64,000 nucleotides of DNA, taken from NCBI GenBank assembly GCA_052426225.1, contig JBNJNM010000008.1, positions 1,426,001 through 1,490,000 on the forward strand. Direction: 5' to 3'. Shown piece by piece: positions 1-13,017 of the stretch. The stretch is from Zancudomyces culisetae HAW-14-8 (taxonomy: Eukaryota; Fungi; Kickxellomycota). Below the pieces are notes generated by a model, which saw only the letters and a program-made list of their open reading frames with translations, did not search any database and was not told the origin of the DNA. A program made the position numbers and the translations under genes. How positions within the stretch are numbered: the first letter of the stretch is position 1; each line of letters opens with the position of its first letter.

Positions 1-2803
1 ATCTTTTGCTACAGGTTTTGTATTTTTTATTTTTATGCCCATTACAGCTGATGCCATACCGCTTACAAACACAAGTATAAATATTAGTATCATCAGTGCT
101 ACGCTCTGGTTTACTTTTAACAAGGTATCCGAAACAATCCTACCAATAGACACACCAACGATCCCGCCAAGCACTATTGTGGTAGGAAAAAAAAACCTTT
201 GCATTTTTCTCGCAGTTCCTTCCGAGAATCGCCTTCGCGATAATCTTGCAAGAATTATTCTATACATCCTTTGCTCTTTTGTTTCTTGTATAGCCTCTTC
301 TTTACTCACGACTACACTTTCCTCAACCGCTGTATCATAGTCAAATAAATATTCATCATAGGTTTTTTTCCCCTTCCCCTCCTTCTTCTCGTCTGTATAA
401 TCCATATCTTTCTCTTTCTCTTTCTCTTTGTCTTCCTGGTTTTCCACTTGCACTTCCTGTTGCAACTGAATTCCTTGTTTTTGATTTTTTGACCCATTTT
501 TAGCGGTGTTGGGCCCCATACGCATCGTTGGGCTTCTTTTATAATTGTATTTAAGGTTTAAGTACCGGCCTATCGCATATTCAGTTTCAATCTGGAAAAT
601 AACCACCATACTTGGGATCAACACAAAACAGGCTCCCATACCAGCAATTACAAACTGAGCTCCAGATAAAATCACGTTGTTGTTTACGTTTGCTAGTGAC
701 AAAATCATACAGAACGTGATTCCTATAATACCCATTATTATTGTTTCCCTATTTCCCCTCGTATCTGTAAATATTCCTACCAATATTCCACTTGCGAAAA
801 ATCCAATCCCAAAAAGTACACCTGGTAGCACCCCTTGTATTGTTAACACCTGATATATTAAGTATAATGATTCATACTGCTCCATTAACTTTTTTTGGTC
901 CAATATAGTATGAAGGGGTGTTTTTTCTGTGTTTAGTACATCCCAGTAGGCAGTATATCCACTTTTATCATCCGCTATATATACTGTGAACAGCCCAACC
1001 ATCACAAGTAGAATAAAGACACTAAACAATGTATATATTATTTTTCTCAACTGTGCTTTCTCTCTTCGCTTTTCCTTTTCTTTTCTTGTTGCCATTTTTA
1101 TAACCTTAAATTTTACTCCCTCTTTGCTTTTCAAAGTCTCGGGTGCGCTTATATTCTCGCTTTGCACGACAAAGCTTTTTCTTTTGGTCTTCATCTTTTT
1201 TAGTCTTAGCGCTTCAAGTGCGCTATATCTGTATTTTTCTATTGACCTATCCATATCCAACTCTTCATCCTTGGTATCAGCTCTTGTATACTCGTCATAC
1301 AACTTTACATTGAACTCCCGTTTATTTCTCACATTACTTTGTGTAACAAGCGGATGAGTATCAATATAGCTCTGCCTGGACTCTCCATTACTTTCTGGGC
1401 TACTTTTCTTGGCGGGTTCCTCCAGTATTTCCTCTTTTAACTCCATTTTTACTTTATTCAGCTCCTTTAGCCGTTTTTCTTTTTCCTCTAACTGCCGCTT
1501 TTTTTCTTCCTCCACCAGCTTGTTTAGATCACTCAATACAAACAAATCCAACATTTTTTCTTTCTTATCTTTGGTGTTTCTCCCCTCTTGTTCCTTTCTT
1601 TTTATTTTTTCTTTTCGCTTCACTTTTTTCCTTTCGCGACGTTCCAAACGCTCCTTTGTTACTCTCGACCTTTCCTCCTGTTCCATTATTTCCTTTGTTT
1701 GATTCTGCTCAACATTCTCTTCTTGCTCAGCCTTTGGCTCATATACTGCACTCTCTTTGACATTTACATTTTTCTCTTCTTTTTCTACTGGATCAGGTGA
1801 GGATTCATATTCAAAGTCCATTTGACTTTTTTCGTGCTTGTATTTTTTTAGGGTGTTACTAATATCCTCAATCTCACCAGAGGAAATGCTGGACGAGCTT
1901 TCATTACCGCCATACTTTTCCTCGTTTTTATGGCTATCTTCTTGTATGTTGAGGCTTTGTATAGGCATAGATCGTGTTTTGCTGCTATCTTTGGCTGGTT
2001 GTTGTGTAGAAGTACCCTCTGTGGCCATCTCGTCCCTCAACAGTTTATCCTTGTCTCCAACACTTTGAATACCTGTGTCTACTGAGGTTTTTTTCTTGTA
2101 CGCGCTCATACCTATGTTCCCGTATTTTTATCAATGAGTTTTTAGCACATTATTGTAAATAGAGTATAAGCCTCACCACTATTAAAGCACAATGCTTAGT
2201 ATTCTTACCTTTTTTGCTACGTTTTTTCGACATAGAGGATATATCTATAGCAGATTCTGCTCTCCTCGCCTGTGTATCTTTCCCCTTTACAACATCATCT
2301 ACTTCTCCCTGCTCGTTGAATTTTTTTTTTAATTTTTGTTTGATACTCTCCTCTGGTATCCTCTCACTTTCTCTTTCCTTTTTTTTCCTTCTTGCTACAT
2401 CCTTACTGCTTTCAGCAAGCTCTGATTGTGGTGGCACCGGCACAGGAACATTTCCGTTTTTTCTTCTTTGTTCTAGGAGTCGTTTTGCGGCTTCAATATT
2501 CGCTATTCTTTTAGACGCACCTACCTTACTTTCTTTCCCTTTTTTTGTTACTGCGGGCTTTGCAGTTCTTTCTTTGACAACAACACCTTCGCTCGTACTT
2601 TCAGTCTCACTGCTCTCAATCCCTGTTGTTGATGATCCCTCGCTACTACTTTTTTCTTTTTTAGTTTGTTCGCTTTGATTGGAGCTATCTGTCTCTTCTG
2701 TTACGTCGCTACTACTATCTTGTTCTTTGATTTTGATTACTCTGCCTATTTTTCTCTTCTGTACCTCAAAAGAATGTATCTCGTCACTATTTCCATTATC
2801 CAT
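1..2803 (-). CDS. MFS-like membrane transporter with a very long charged N-terminal extension; 3' end runs off the window
   Basis: ORF 2803-2209 splices (GTAAG donor at 2208, TAG acceptor at 2112) into a frame that stays open to base 1, so the ORF track misses it. After about 570 aa of K/E-rich sequence come several hydrophobic helices and an MFS motif-A-like loop GIFTDTRGNR at about 748-778. Confidence 0.65.
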
Positions 2804-4553
2804 TTCCAGAGTAATGTGGAGCTTTTATATGCTAATGCTAACCAAATGTATTTTTATGTTTCATTTGTGAAGATTGTACTGTTATTTTTAACGCACAACT
2901 GCGCTCCGATAACTTTGTCTCTTTTAATGCCTCGTGGTAATTGATGCCGATAATGAAGCCCACTTATCTTTTGCAAAGTTAATATTTTTGAGTTAAAGTT
3001 CTCTGGGTCGGAATATTTAATTTCTACTCGTATTGATCTCGAAGCTAAGACTCGGTACCTATCTATAATCCTTTCTGGGATGTGTTTTGAACTTTGTATA
3101 GGAATGCAGTTGTTGATATAAGGAATCTAAACTATTAGATGCCAATGTGAAATATATTACTATAAGTATAACTGTATGCTCCTACAAACTGTAAAGACTG
3201 TCAGATGCTAATAAACCTACGTCGTGATAGTGTTATTGATGTTGATTGTGATGGTAATGGTAATGGTGATATTGGTATTGATATTGATATTGTATGATAT
3301 GGTGTTCTATATTGTAATACTCTTTGATCGTGATATAATAATGAAATTGTATTTTATTTAGCGTCCTGAACACGTAAATATGTCAAACCCTGAAAATACA
3401 TTCGGATATGTTGTGTATCAACGCTCAGTGATGTTTTTGTATTTTTACTCCATATCATTGGAGAATGCGTTAATGAGCTGAGATTAGTTTTTTTATTAGA
3501 CTTTTCTGCTTTCATCTCACTCGATGCTGGGCTATTGCATAAATGTGGTGATATCACACATTAATTTTTTGCAGTATCAATGTCGCGTTAATCTAGCGCT
3601 GGAAATATCTGTGGTACTAAGCCACCAACTAGCTACTGGGTGGTTTTTTTTTAAGTTTGAGGTGCTCAAACTTGTTACGCTTAATTGTTTTGCGCCCCGG
3701 TTTGATCTTTGTTACTTTGCACGATAATGCTCAATACATTTACAAATTCAACACATTACAGAATGATTTGTTATCAACAATTTACCAAGTTCATGCTCAA
3801 AGGAAAACAAATTGAAACTAGTAAAGGATGTATGGTTTATCTCGGTTGATCGAATCACACTGCGCCCATTTATTTTGTATGAGTGTGTTGGCGATCAAAC
3901 AAGCAAATTAACATCAGAATTTCAATTTATTTTTCTACACCCATTCTAAATGCATAAAAGATGGGGCTTATATACAATTTATTGTATTTTTAAATAAAGT
4001 ATATAGCCTCGAAACTCCAAATAGTTAGGAGAGAGAAGGAGAAGGGGAATTTTAGTCTTTAAAGATCAAAATGTGAATGTTGGGCAGTACAACAATTTAA
4101 CCCAAATCATACATCCTATCCTTTAAAAAAACTCCTTGGGAAGGGATGTGTACTCCCATAGTAAATACCTCCATCCACAACAAGAAAAATAAATAAAAAT
4201 AGTGGCAGAGGCATCATCAGTAGGACACACACGTGTTCACAGATCCAAAACTTTTATAAGTAAGCATGGTGTTTAGTTTTGTCGATGTGAGTAGCTAAAA
4301 CTTTTTTTTTACTGAATGATTGATATATTTAACTCAGGAACTACCAGAACTGATTAAAGTACTAAAGTACAGCCTTATCTCGGTTCTACTCGATAGACCA
4401 GCAATACTTTTACTATATAATTTAGTTTGTAATTGTTATTTTCGGTGGCAACACATAAAGGGTAACCCGCTTATTGTAAGTGCATTGGTTCAGATATAAA
4501 TAAAGCACAAATTCAACTAACTTTATTTATAACGAATGTATTTACAAAAAGAA

Positions 4554-7416
4554 TCAGGCACAAACGCAGTACAAACTAAGACCTATCTTTTTGAAAGAGG
4601 AGGAAAAGTAGTTGCCAATTTCATCAAATTCTATATGATGTGGAAAAGAATGTAACTTGATAAAGTTGACACGACTCTCTGCGCCGACCTTGAAAAATTC
4701 GGGGTTGTATATGTCTGGGAAGACAACAAAAAACCTAAGTATCAAGATTAATCATTTCTCAGTACCGCGTTAATAATAAAAAGAAAATAACAAACTAAGC
4801 TTACAATTTTTTAGATAATACAGGCGTAAAAGTAACACTGCTAAGCGCAGGTGCTACATTTGCGCATAAAGGTAAATTCTGACTGTCAATAAACGATCTG
4901 ATTGTCTCGATATTCATCCCAGCTGATTCGTAAATATTCAGGTAATCTAATTGAATCAAAATATGAGGAAAAAGTGATTTGGCGAATTTCATGGTAAAGA
5001 TTTGTGACAAGGGGAAGTTGGTAAGCGAAATAAATAAAATACCTTTGTTTTCCAAAACTCCAAAGAGGGACTGGGGTGGGGATAATGTATAAATATAGAA
5101 AACATCGACACGAGTTTTCTCTTCCCAATGTTTATGAAATTTGTTTCTGATATAAAATATTGAAGGTAAAACACCAGACTCATGAAAAATGCCGAATACA
5201 ACAAACATCGACAAGTTGAAAACAAGAGAACAGATCCAAAAGAGCTTAGGTATTCTCAGTTTCCGGAAAGATAAAAATAAGTAAATACCGATAACCGAGG
5301 GAAGAAGAAACCTCAACTCTTTATGGGCAATACATGAAAGTAAAAGAAGGCCAGATAATGGAGACAGTATGCTTGCTATATTTTATAAGTATATTTACGT
5401 TATAGGAGATGCGAATAGAGTTAGAAAAGTAACAAGCTACACTTCTGCTTACCAATAAATATCGGAGTATCAAGAGAAAATGGCTCTTTAAAGGGGCTTA
5501 CTCCCATCCTAACCAGTGATAGGGATTTTTGATATACTAGGTACAGAGTAGGGCCAAAGATAAGAGGAAAATGAACTAGAATGTATAGGTAGAACGGATG
5601 AATCCCATGGAGTTTTAGATTTTCGTATTTCGAATTGTAAATGAAATTGTTTAATATTGTAACACTGGACTTGAAGTTGATCTAGTTTCCATAATTCGAA
5701 TTGCATAGTTTTGGTTTGATTAGTATCAAGCATTGAAAACTGGGCAGTAAAAATATAGTCAAAATATAGTCAAAATATGGTCAAAAACACATATAAAATT
5801 TTTTTTCTTACTGTTGTCTTCAAGCCGTCAAACTGAACCCGTTCAAAATATACGAGATCGACCAGATACATGGCAAGACAGGAAAATACCAAAAACATGA
5901 AAGATTGCATTAAAAGTTTAATAGAGATTCTAAAATGACAGTACTTGTGTTAGTTTCGCTTTTTGTTTTTTACTAGAGCGATATTGTCAAAAGCTTAACC
6001 CTACCTGAATGAATATCTCTGCATTAAAATCAGTAATAATGATATCCCAAGTATATAGCCGTATAATACAAACGTGATCCTTGTAAATACTCCTAAAGCA
6101 AACAGCACTCCAAATAGTCTGCACCACTTTTCTACAACTTTATATCTTTCTTTCCCCAACCCTTCGTGTTCTAGCAACGTATCCTGGTTCTATTTTCATT
6201 TAACACGAATAACATATGTTTTTGCGCATATTTGAAATGAAGATATTTGACTAAAAATATTCCAAAGCTTTACCACGTGGGTTATACGCCGTTGTATGCA
6301 CTCCATCCGATTTTTGACTGCAGAAATAATAAAAAACAACGATGCAATAAGCACTGTTTCAAGTTGATTAGAAAAAGGTCGAGCGAGAAGTACCAGTGTT
6401 GTGTGTGACATTGCATATAAAGCCATTATTTTCCATCGTGTTTCTCGACTGGCTTTTATGTTTTTCATTGTCATGTACAAGAGAAAGTCTACGTATATGA
6501 GCATAACCATTTAAAGTGACTACTTTGGCGTTTGTCTTTTTATTATTTGTTTTTCTTTTTTATTATTTTTAGTAATTAGATTCTCAAAAATTTTGTTATA
6601 GTATTACCGCACAACATTGACATCATGACACTATAGACTCTTATAACGCCAAATAGCATCGAGCTACTATTAAAATCTAAAGTTCATATAATCTCGTTAT
6701 TAGTACGTTGGATAGAATTGAAGATCTTTTAGCACTATATTCGCAGAAAATGTTCCTAAAATAGTCGAATGAATTCATCGCATACTTTTCGTACCATTTA
6801 ACAATCCCAGCTTTTCAACTACGTAGATCTTTGATAAAAATCCGCAGAAATCGGATAGCTTTGCAAAAATAGTTATCGGAAAACCACTACTAATATATCT
6901 GTATATATCGTCTGTTAATCGGTGTTCTTTTCGCCATCCTTTAAATAAATTTTATAATGGTACCAAAGAATGGCTTGTCGGGCTGGCTGGTATTGAGAAT
7001 TCGCTTTAATCACATAAAACTTTTCAACTTTACCCCTATCTTTAAAAATAAACCAAAATAAATTTAAAAACTTACATTGGTGATATTGATCTGCAAGGAA
7101 AGTCAATATTAAATTCCCACGGCCGTTTATGTTTTACACCCAGGATATCACCTTCATTTGAGTATTATCGCATTATAGTGGCATTATGATCTTTATTTTC
7201 TTTTAATTTAGAAGAATGTGGCAACCCGAATAATAGGATCTCCAAGAGAAAGAAACTAAACTTGTGGCAATACTATGAATTTCGATCTTTACCTGCCATG
7301 ATTTCGGCACCTTGAAAATATTCATCGGGATGGATATAGGAGTAAGATGTACATAAATATACTCTAACAGCCAAGAGTAGTATATACCCTGACTTTGCAA
7401 AGAAACCCCTGTCCAT
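4554..7416 (-). CDS. SMP3: GPI mannosyltransferase 4 (Smp3/PIG-Z, Alg9-like GT22), multi-exon
   Basis: Exon translations give the family motifs [18 protein letters not shown]...[22 protein letters not shown] and [10 protein letters not shown], separated by GT-AG introns. ATG at 7416; last exon ends at TGA 4554. Not all internal boundaries were resolved. Confidence 0.85.
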
Positions 7417-9543
7417 CCTTTTCAACCTATATATTTTGCTAGTCAATTACCTTGCTACAAACATGTAGGAGTGTTATTGCCAAAGAAAAACAATAAAAAC
7501 TGCAAAAAACAATAAACCTTCTTAGCGGCTATTGACCAATAACTTTTCTGAATTTGAAATTTTGGTATCCAATATTACAGCCAGAACCAAGAAAAACTTG
7601 GTTACTATTGGTTACTATTGGCTAGCTATTACATTAAATTATTTTTTATTTCGGTAGCCAGCCTTTCTTATTCTGCTTGTCTATTGAACTTGAGATAAAA
7701 TAGAGGAGAGGGAGGAGAGAGGAGGGGAGGAAGAAGCAGAGAAATCTGTACGATATCTTTGAATGTCTGTATATGGTGTAGCATCTGCTGCTTTATTCAT
7801 TGGTCTAAGGCACAACATTTGGACTTTCCTCCTCCACTAAGGTTCATATTTTAATTTTTAGCAGTTTTGAGGTGGATTTAACTTGAGCAGAAAAAAAATG
7901 ACTTATCATTGTACTTTATCTCTATAAGTAACATCGAGGGAAAAAACCAAGGTTATATCTAAACATTAAACACTGCGGTGTGAGAGTCTGGAACCCTGTT
8001 AAGACGTCCACTCCCCCCTCTTCCCTTATGTTAAGTGAAATATATATCGCTATCTGTAATCAATAGTAAAAAAGAAAGAAAAGGTTCTATTTTAGAACTG
8101 TGGCGATTGGCTATGGTTTATGGCATTTATAAAATGTTTTACCACATTTTTTCCTAGAACCAAGTCAATTTTTAGGACACCCAATTTATTACATATGGAC
8201 AACTTGAAAATTTACCTCCGAATTACCTAATACAGAATTTAAGTAAACTGAAAACCCGATCTATTGAAAATGCAGTGGCCATTTTTTCACAACTCTCTCT
8301 ACATAATCAATGGGTCTTAGTAAACGCCATAAGAACACTTATCACAGCTGATCTATTAATAATAGTGAGAAAGATATTCCTTTTTTGTTAGATGAATTTA
8401 TAAATCGATAAAGATATTCCAAATCCAAATATAAAAGGAAAGTTTTCAGAATTTTTTGCAGTGGTATTTGAGAAATTTAAAGGTTAAGGTTCTAGTGCCT
8501 CAATTACATTCCCATTTTGGTTTTCGATTAGCACTCGTTTTACAAACTTCGAGAGGCACATATTTTTAGATACAATGAGATATAAAAAGCTCTAGAAATA
8601 TATTTCCCAAGTTGAAGCAAAACAATGGGTTGTGGTGCTCACCAAGATTTTTCAAATATATAAAAAAATGTTTTGAAATACACATGACACTGAGAGGAAT
8701 AATAAGCCAATTGTGCGTGGCGTAATATCTTCAACTTGATCATAACATTACCTGGAAGATGGATATTTGTTAAATACAGGTGTATTTGGTAGCTTGAACC
8801 AACCCAAGGTCAAGGGTTATATTTTTTTTTCTCAAACAAGTTCCCAATTCTTAGTTTTTTATATCCTTAGCACATTAAAAAGCTGGAATTACCATAAAAC
8901 AAAAGGTATAAAACATCTGTTCTTTTTGGTGCAACTATTGGTATATTATTTTTTAAAAAAAGGCAAATGCACGGGTTTTGGATAACTGGTAACATAGCTA
9001 ATGTGTACACCCCTCCGATATTTACAAAACACATCCAACAACTAATTTTTTCTCAATTAACACCCACTAATTTAAGATTGATTATAATTAGTTAGTCATA
9101 AGGGTCTATAGAACTCGATTTAATAAAAAAGAACCAACGTTCTATGAAAAAAAAATTTAACTCATTATTAACTGCTTTTAGTCAATAAAGCACCAAACTG
9201 TTCTTTTTTTTATTATTAGGAATCTACGAAAATAATGTGGCATCAATAGCCATAGTAATATGGCGATATAAATGTATAAAAACAACACTTTGTCCATTTG
9301 TTTAAAACTGACGTCAGTACAGTTATATACATAACATGTTCGGAGAGGCTATCTTTCATAAAAAAAAAATCCTCGCCTCCCGAACTCATGTATTACATCA
9401 ACCCGAATATTTTTATTTGGCCTTACTTTAACTAAACCGAGGAGACTAAGGCATTTTTGTCTTGGTATCGATTATTCTGGAACGAAAGAGTATTAAAAAA
9501 ACGTATATAAAAGCAGACAGAAGCAAAAAATTACACCAAGGCG

Positions 9544-11265
9544 ATGAATAGAGCCATTATATTAAACGCAACTCTAGCATGTAACTTTTTCGAAAAGGGC
9601 AGTGTTGGTCTAATAGAAGAAATGGAAAGGAACACAAAAGGTGGTGCTAAGACAGGGGTATTAGAATTAGTTATAAAGACTATATTTAGGACAATAAAAC
9701 GAACACAAGCGTACAAACTTTTGATCACTCTCTACAACTTTGTTCAAAGCTATTTTCTGTTTATACTTATACCGGTATTTCTGGGTAAACTGATATGGTA
9801 TATATTTGAATATGGGAAACGGGAAGATAGTATCCCAAGTGCTTTAATAAAAAGTTGTAAACTGATCATATGTGGGTACATTCTATTAAAAATATCAATA
9901 CACACAACAAGGACCACCATTATAAAATTTGCACAACCATATGGTCTCAAGCCAGAGTATATGGATGAAATGAAAAAAAGTGAGATACTGAAGCTTATAA
10001 AAGAAAATCCTGAAAGTCTGAACGAAAGAGTGTATAAGGGCGAAAAATGCGACAGATATAGTGTGTGTGGTAAATTCCTCGAAGAGTATTTAGTTTATCC
10101 AGCGGCGTTATTAAACAATACTAGAGCGCATTTCGAAGACTCCAATTTGTTGCATTCGAGCTTACTCGGCATAGAAGGAAAATATAAGCAATACGAGCGC
10201 TTATTTGCATACTATACCTCAAATGTAGATCTTAAAGAGTATATCATGGAAAGCCAACAGATCTTAGCGAACAGAATTAAACTTTCTATGCACGTTAGAG
10301 GTAAAGCAGACCATGTTGGAGGGGTATTTATGCATAACCCAAAGGCATTTATTCTAGATATTATGGGAATGGTTATGCAAGTGCGTATGTTTGGAAAGGA
10401 GTCGGTTATGAACAAAGAACTTACACTTTCGGTACTAAAAATTGCCAACCCTCCGAGCAAAAACAAATTTGCGCATGCAATCGAACTGCTTGCGTATTAC
10501 CATCGACTTAATACAAGCAGTTGTATTCCAGCATATTTGGATCAAGAGCTGAATAGGAAGTTGTATACAAAGAACAGCACCACTCCGCGTGACATTGTTC
10601 AGTTTTTGAGTGAGAACCCAGAAGTATTTGATTTAAAGGATAGGAAACTTATATCATATACTGTTCGATCAATAATAACTGTAGGGATAGAGATACTTCA
10701 GCCCAGAATTCAGAGCATTATAACTGAAGTTGCGCTTAGATCCAGTGTTTATAAAGATCTGCTGATGGAACAGATGCGAATCAAAAAGCACTACGGGACA
10801 ACTATTCTGTATGAACATCTGGACAAAATGGAAATCTTGGATGCTGTTATAAAAGAGACCATCAGATGCACTGGATCTCAGCACTATATGAGTCGATGGA
10901 CGACCAAAGACGTTGTTTTGTCAAACGGGAAAACAATTCCAGCTAAAAACCTTGTATCATTTAATCTCTACGTTCACCATCTCAACAAATCACTTTTTGG
11001 AAACAATCCCGAAACTTTTAATTACAAAAGACATCTTGCATCGAAAACCAAACTCAAAGATATATCAATTGAAAATGTTATTTGGGGGATTGGACCTAGA
11101 ATGTGTCTTGCTCGTAAGTTTTCAATAGCTGTAATGAAGTTGGTATTGGCTATAATTATTAGGAACTACTCTTTTTTTCCATTAACCAGACCCAAAAATA
11201 ATATAGTAGTTGATCCATTTTGTGAAGAAAGAAAAAATGTTGGGATCTATTTTGTTCCACACTAG
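9544..11265 (+). CDS. Divergent cytochrome P450, intronless
   Basis: 573 aa with N-terminal hydrophobic anchor, K-helix KETIR (ExxR), meander PETFNYKRH and heme-ligand motif WGIGPRMCLA. Confidence 0.9.
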   Translation: MNRAIILNATLACNFFEKGSVGLIEEMERNTKGGAKTGVLELVIKTIFRTIKRTQAYKLLITLYNFVQSYFLFILIPVFLGKLIWYIFEYGKREDSIPSALIKSCKLIICGYILLKISIHTTRTTIIKFAQPYGLKPEYMDEMKKSEILKLIKENPESLNERVYKGEKCDRYSVCGKFLEEYLVYPAALLNNTRAHFEDSNLLHSSLLGIEGKYKQYERLFAYYTSNVDLKEYIMESQQILANRIKLSMHVRGKADHVGGVFMHNPKAFILDIMGMVMQVRMFGKESVMNKELTLSVLKIANPPSKNKFAHAIELLAYYHRLNTSSCIPAYLDQELNRKLYTKNSTTPRDIVQFLSENPEVFDLKDRKLISYTVRSIITVGIEILQPRIQSIITEVALRSSVYKDLLMEQMRIKKHYGTTILYEHLDKMEILDAVIKETIRCTGSQHYMSRWTTKDVVLSNGKTIPAKNLVSFNLYVHHLNKSLFGNNPETFNYKRHLASKTKLKDISIENVIWGIGPRMCLARKFSIAVMKLVLAIIIRNYSFFPLTRPKNNIVVDPFCEERKNVGIYFVPH

Positions 11266-12895
11266 ATTATATCGTTTATTTGTATTTTTTTTTAGACCTC
11301 TCTACATTATATTTATGCTAGTTGTACTTTAGAATGTGTTTCTATACCATAATTTAACCTTTACACAATTTAAAACTTTAATAAATTCGCATTTTTTATA
11401 CTGCTATATATTCCATTACTTTAAATAAAAGGCTGGATTGTTTTAATTAAAGATTGAGATGTTGTTGTGTTTAAATAAAAAGAAAAGAATGCTCTTAATG
11501 TCATTACAAGCATTTTAATATTCGCGTGTGATATACCACTATTATAGCAGAGGTCACATGAAACAGTAAAAAACAAAAAATATGTTTATCGATATACTGA
11601 GATGTAGTCGTTGTATGGTCATAAAAACTTTTTTTTTATACACAGTATTTAAACAACCTCCACTTTGGACATCTGAATTTCATGTATAATGTAGTATAAG
11701 TATACCACATGCAAATGGGAAACTAAATGGTATTAATATTTAGAACCATAATGTTTGATTTTGCCTCTAGAACGCAAAGACTCTTTTAGGACAAAAAAAA
11801 CACACATTGTATTTAATTATATAAAGTGTGCACCATTTAATTAACGTAAAAAAAGGAACACTGTTAATACTGTTAAAATCTTTACAAAAAGATAATTTTT
11901 TAAACACAAGTGCAGCCTTCAAAGCTAAGAAAGCAAAGGCAACGTCAAAAGTAAGGGAAGTATTAATTGCACAAGTATAGAGAAAATCATAGAATCATGT
12001 GATTAAGTTAGTTTACATCCTAATTTCTGATTCTTCCTCCTCCTCCTCCTCGCTGGACAAAATTTTGTTGGAATACAAGAAGGAATTAGCAAGAGCTTTG
12101 GCTCAAAGCTAGCTGAAAGTAATCGTACTATTATCTGTTCAATAAACAGAAAATACTGATTTAGTTAAATGCAGTATTTACTTATTCAATCAGAAAGTGG
12201 TGGGAGTTGGAGGTGGTGTTCGAGGAAAGCATGGATTGAGTGGGAAAATTGCGATATTTTTCGGAAAATGCAGGTTAAAAAAGATACTCATAAACATCGA
12301 ATTTTATTATTTGCAAATAAATTAATTTTTCAAATGAAAAAATAAGTTCAGATTGAGATTTGTTTATAAAATGCTAAAGATAATCCTAGAGACTGAACAC
12401 TATTAAAAAAAAAAATTGATGGAATGGAAATATACTTGATTTACTAATATTTGATACGAACCAATTAACAAAAGTATTCATGACACAAATCAGGTTGAAT
12501 ATAATATTTTGTAAAATTTACATAAATTTATTGTATATTGCTGATTCGATTTAATGAATTGTACATTAGATAACACTTTATATATATTTGTAACTATCCA
12601 ATAAATAATTTAATATGTAAATCAATATTAAAAAAGCCTATAACACACAATTTTTTTTCGATAAATGAATTTATTAAGTATACATCACATAAAACAAATC
12701 TATAATACAAATCCCGCATTTGTTTTTTCATTTCAAGCGCCCTAGTAAAAGAACTGTAAAATTTCAGCAAAAAAGAACCCCCCCAAAAACGAAATGGTTG
12801 ATAAAAGCGGATTGATAGCAAGAATACATATTCTCATGAGTGAAAGCAAAAAAATATAGTAAGACGTATAAGACATGTAAATAGACAGGTGATCT

Positions 12896-13017
12896 AGGTT
12901 GGGTTAGATCATGTTGTGCTGGGTTGGGTTCGGTTGGGTCGGGTCGGGTTAGAACGAATCGGATTGGATTGGATTGAATTGGATTGAATTGAATCAAGTT
13001 GGCTTGTGTTAGGTTGG
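12896..13017. repeat. Compound pentanucleotide microsatellite (GGTTG/GGTCG/GATTG/AATTG)
   Basis: Visible tandem 5-mers that drift in sequence along the array. Confidence 0.8.

Noticed and set aside
35-2678. Phe/Ser/Leu-rich plus-strand ORFs
   Set aside because: Antisense to the K/E-rich minus-strand gene.
3424-3483. Possible box C/D snoRNA (GTGATGT...CTGA)
   Set aside because: Imperfect C box, short length and no identifiable rRNA guide.
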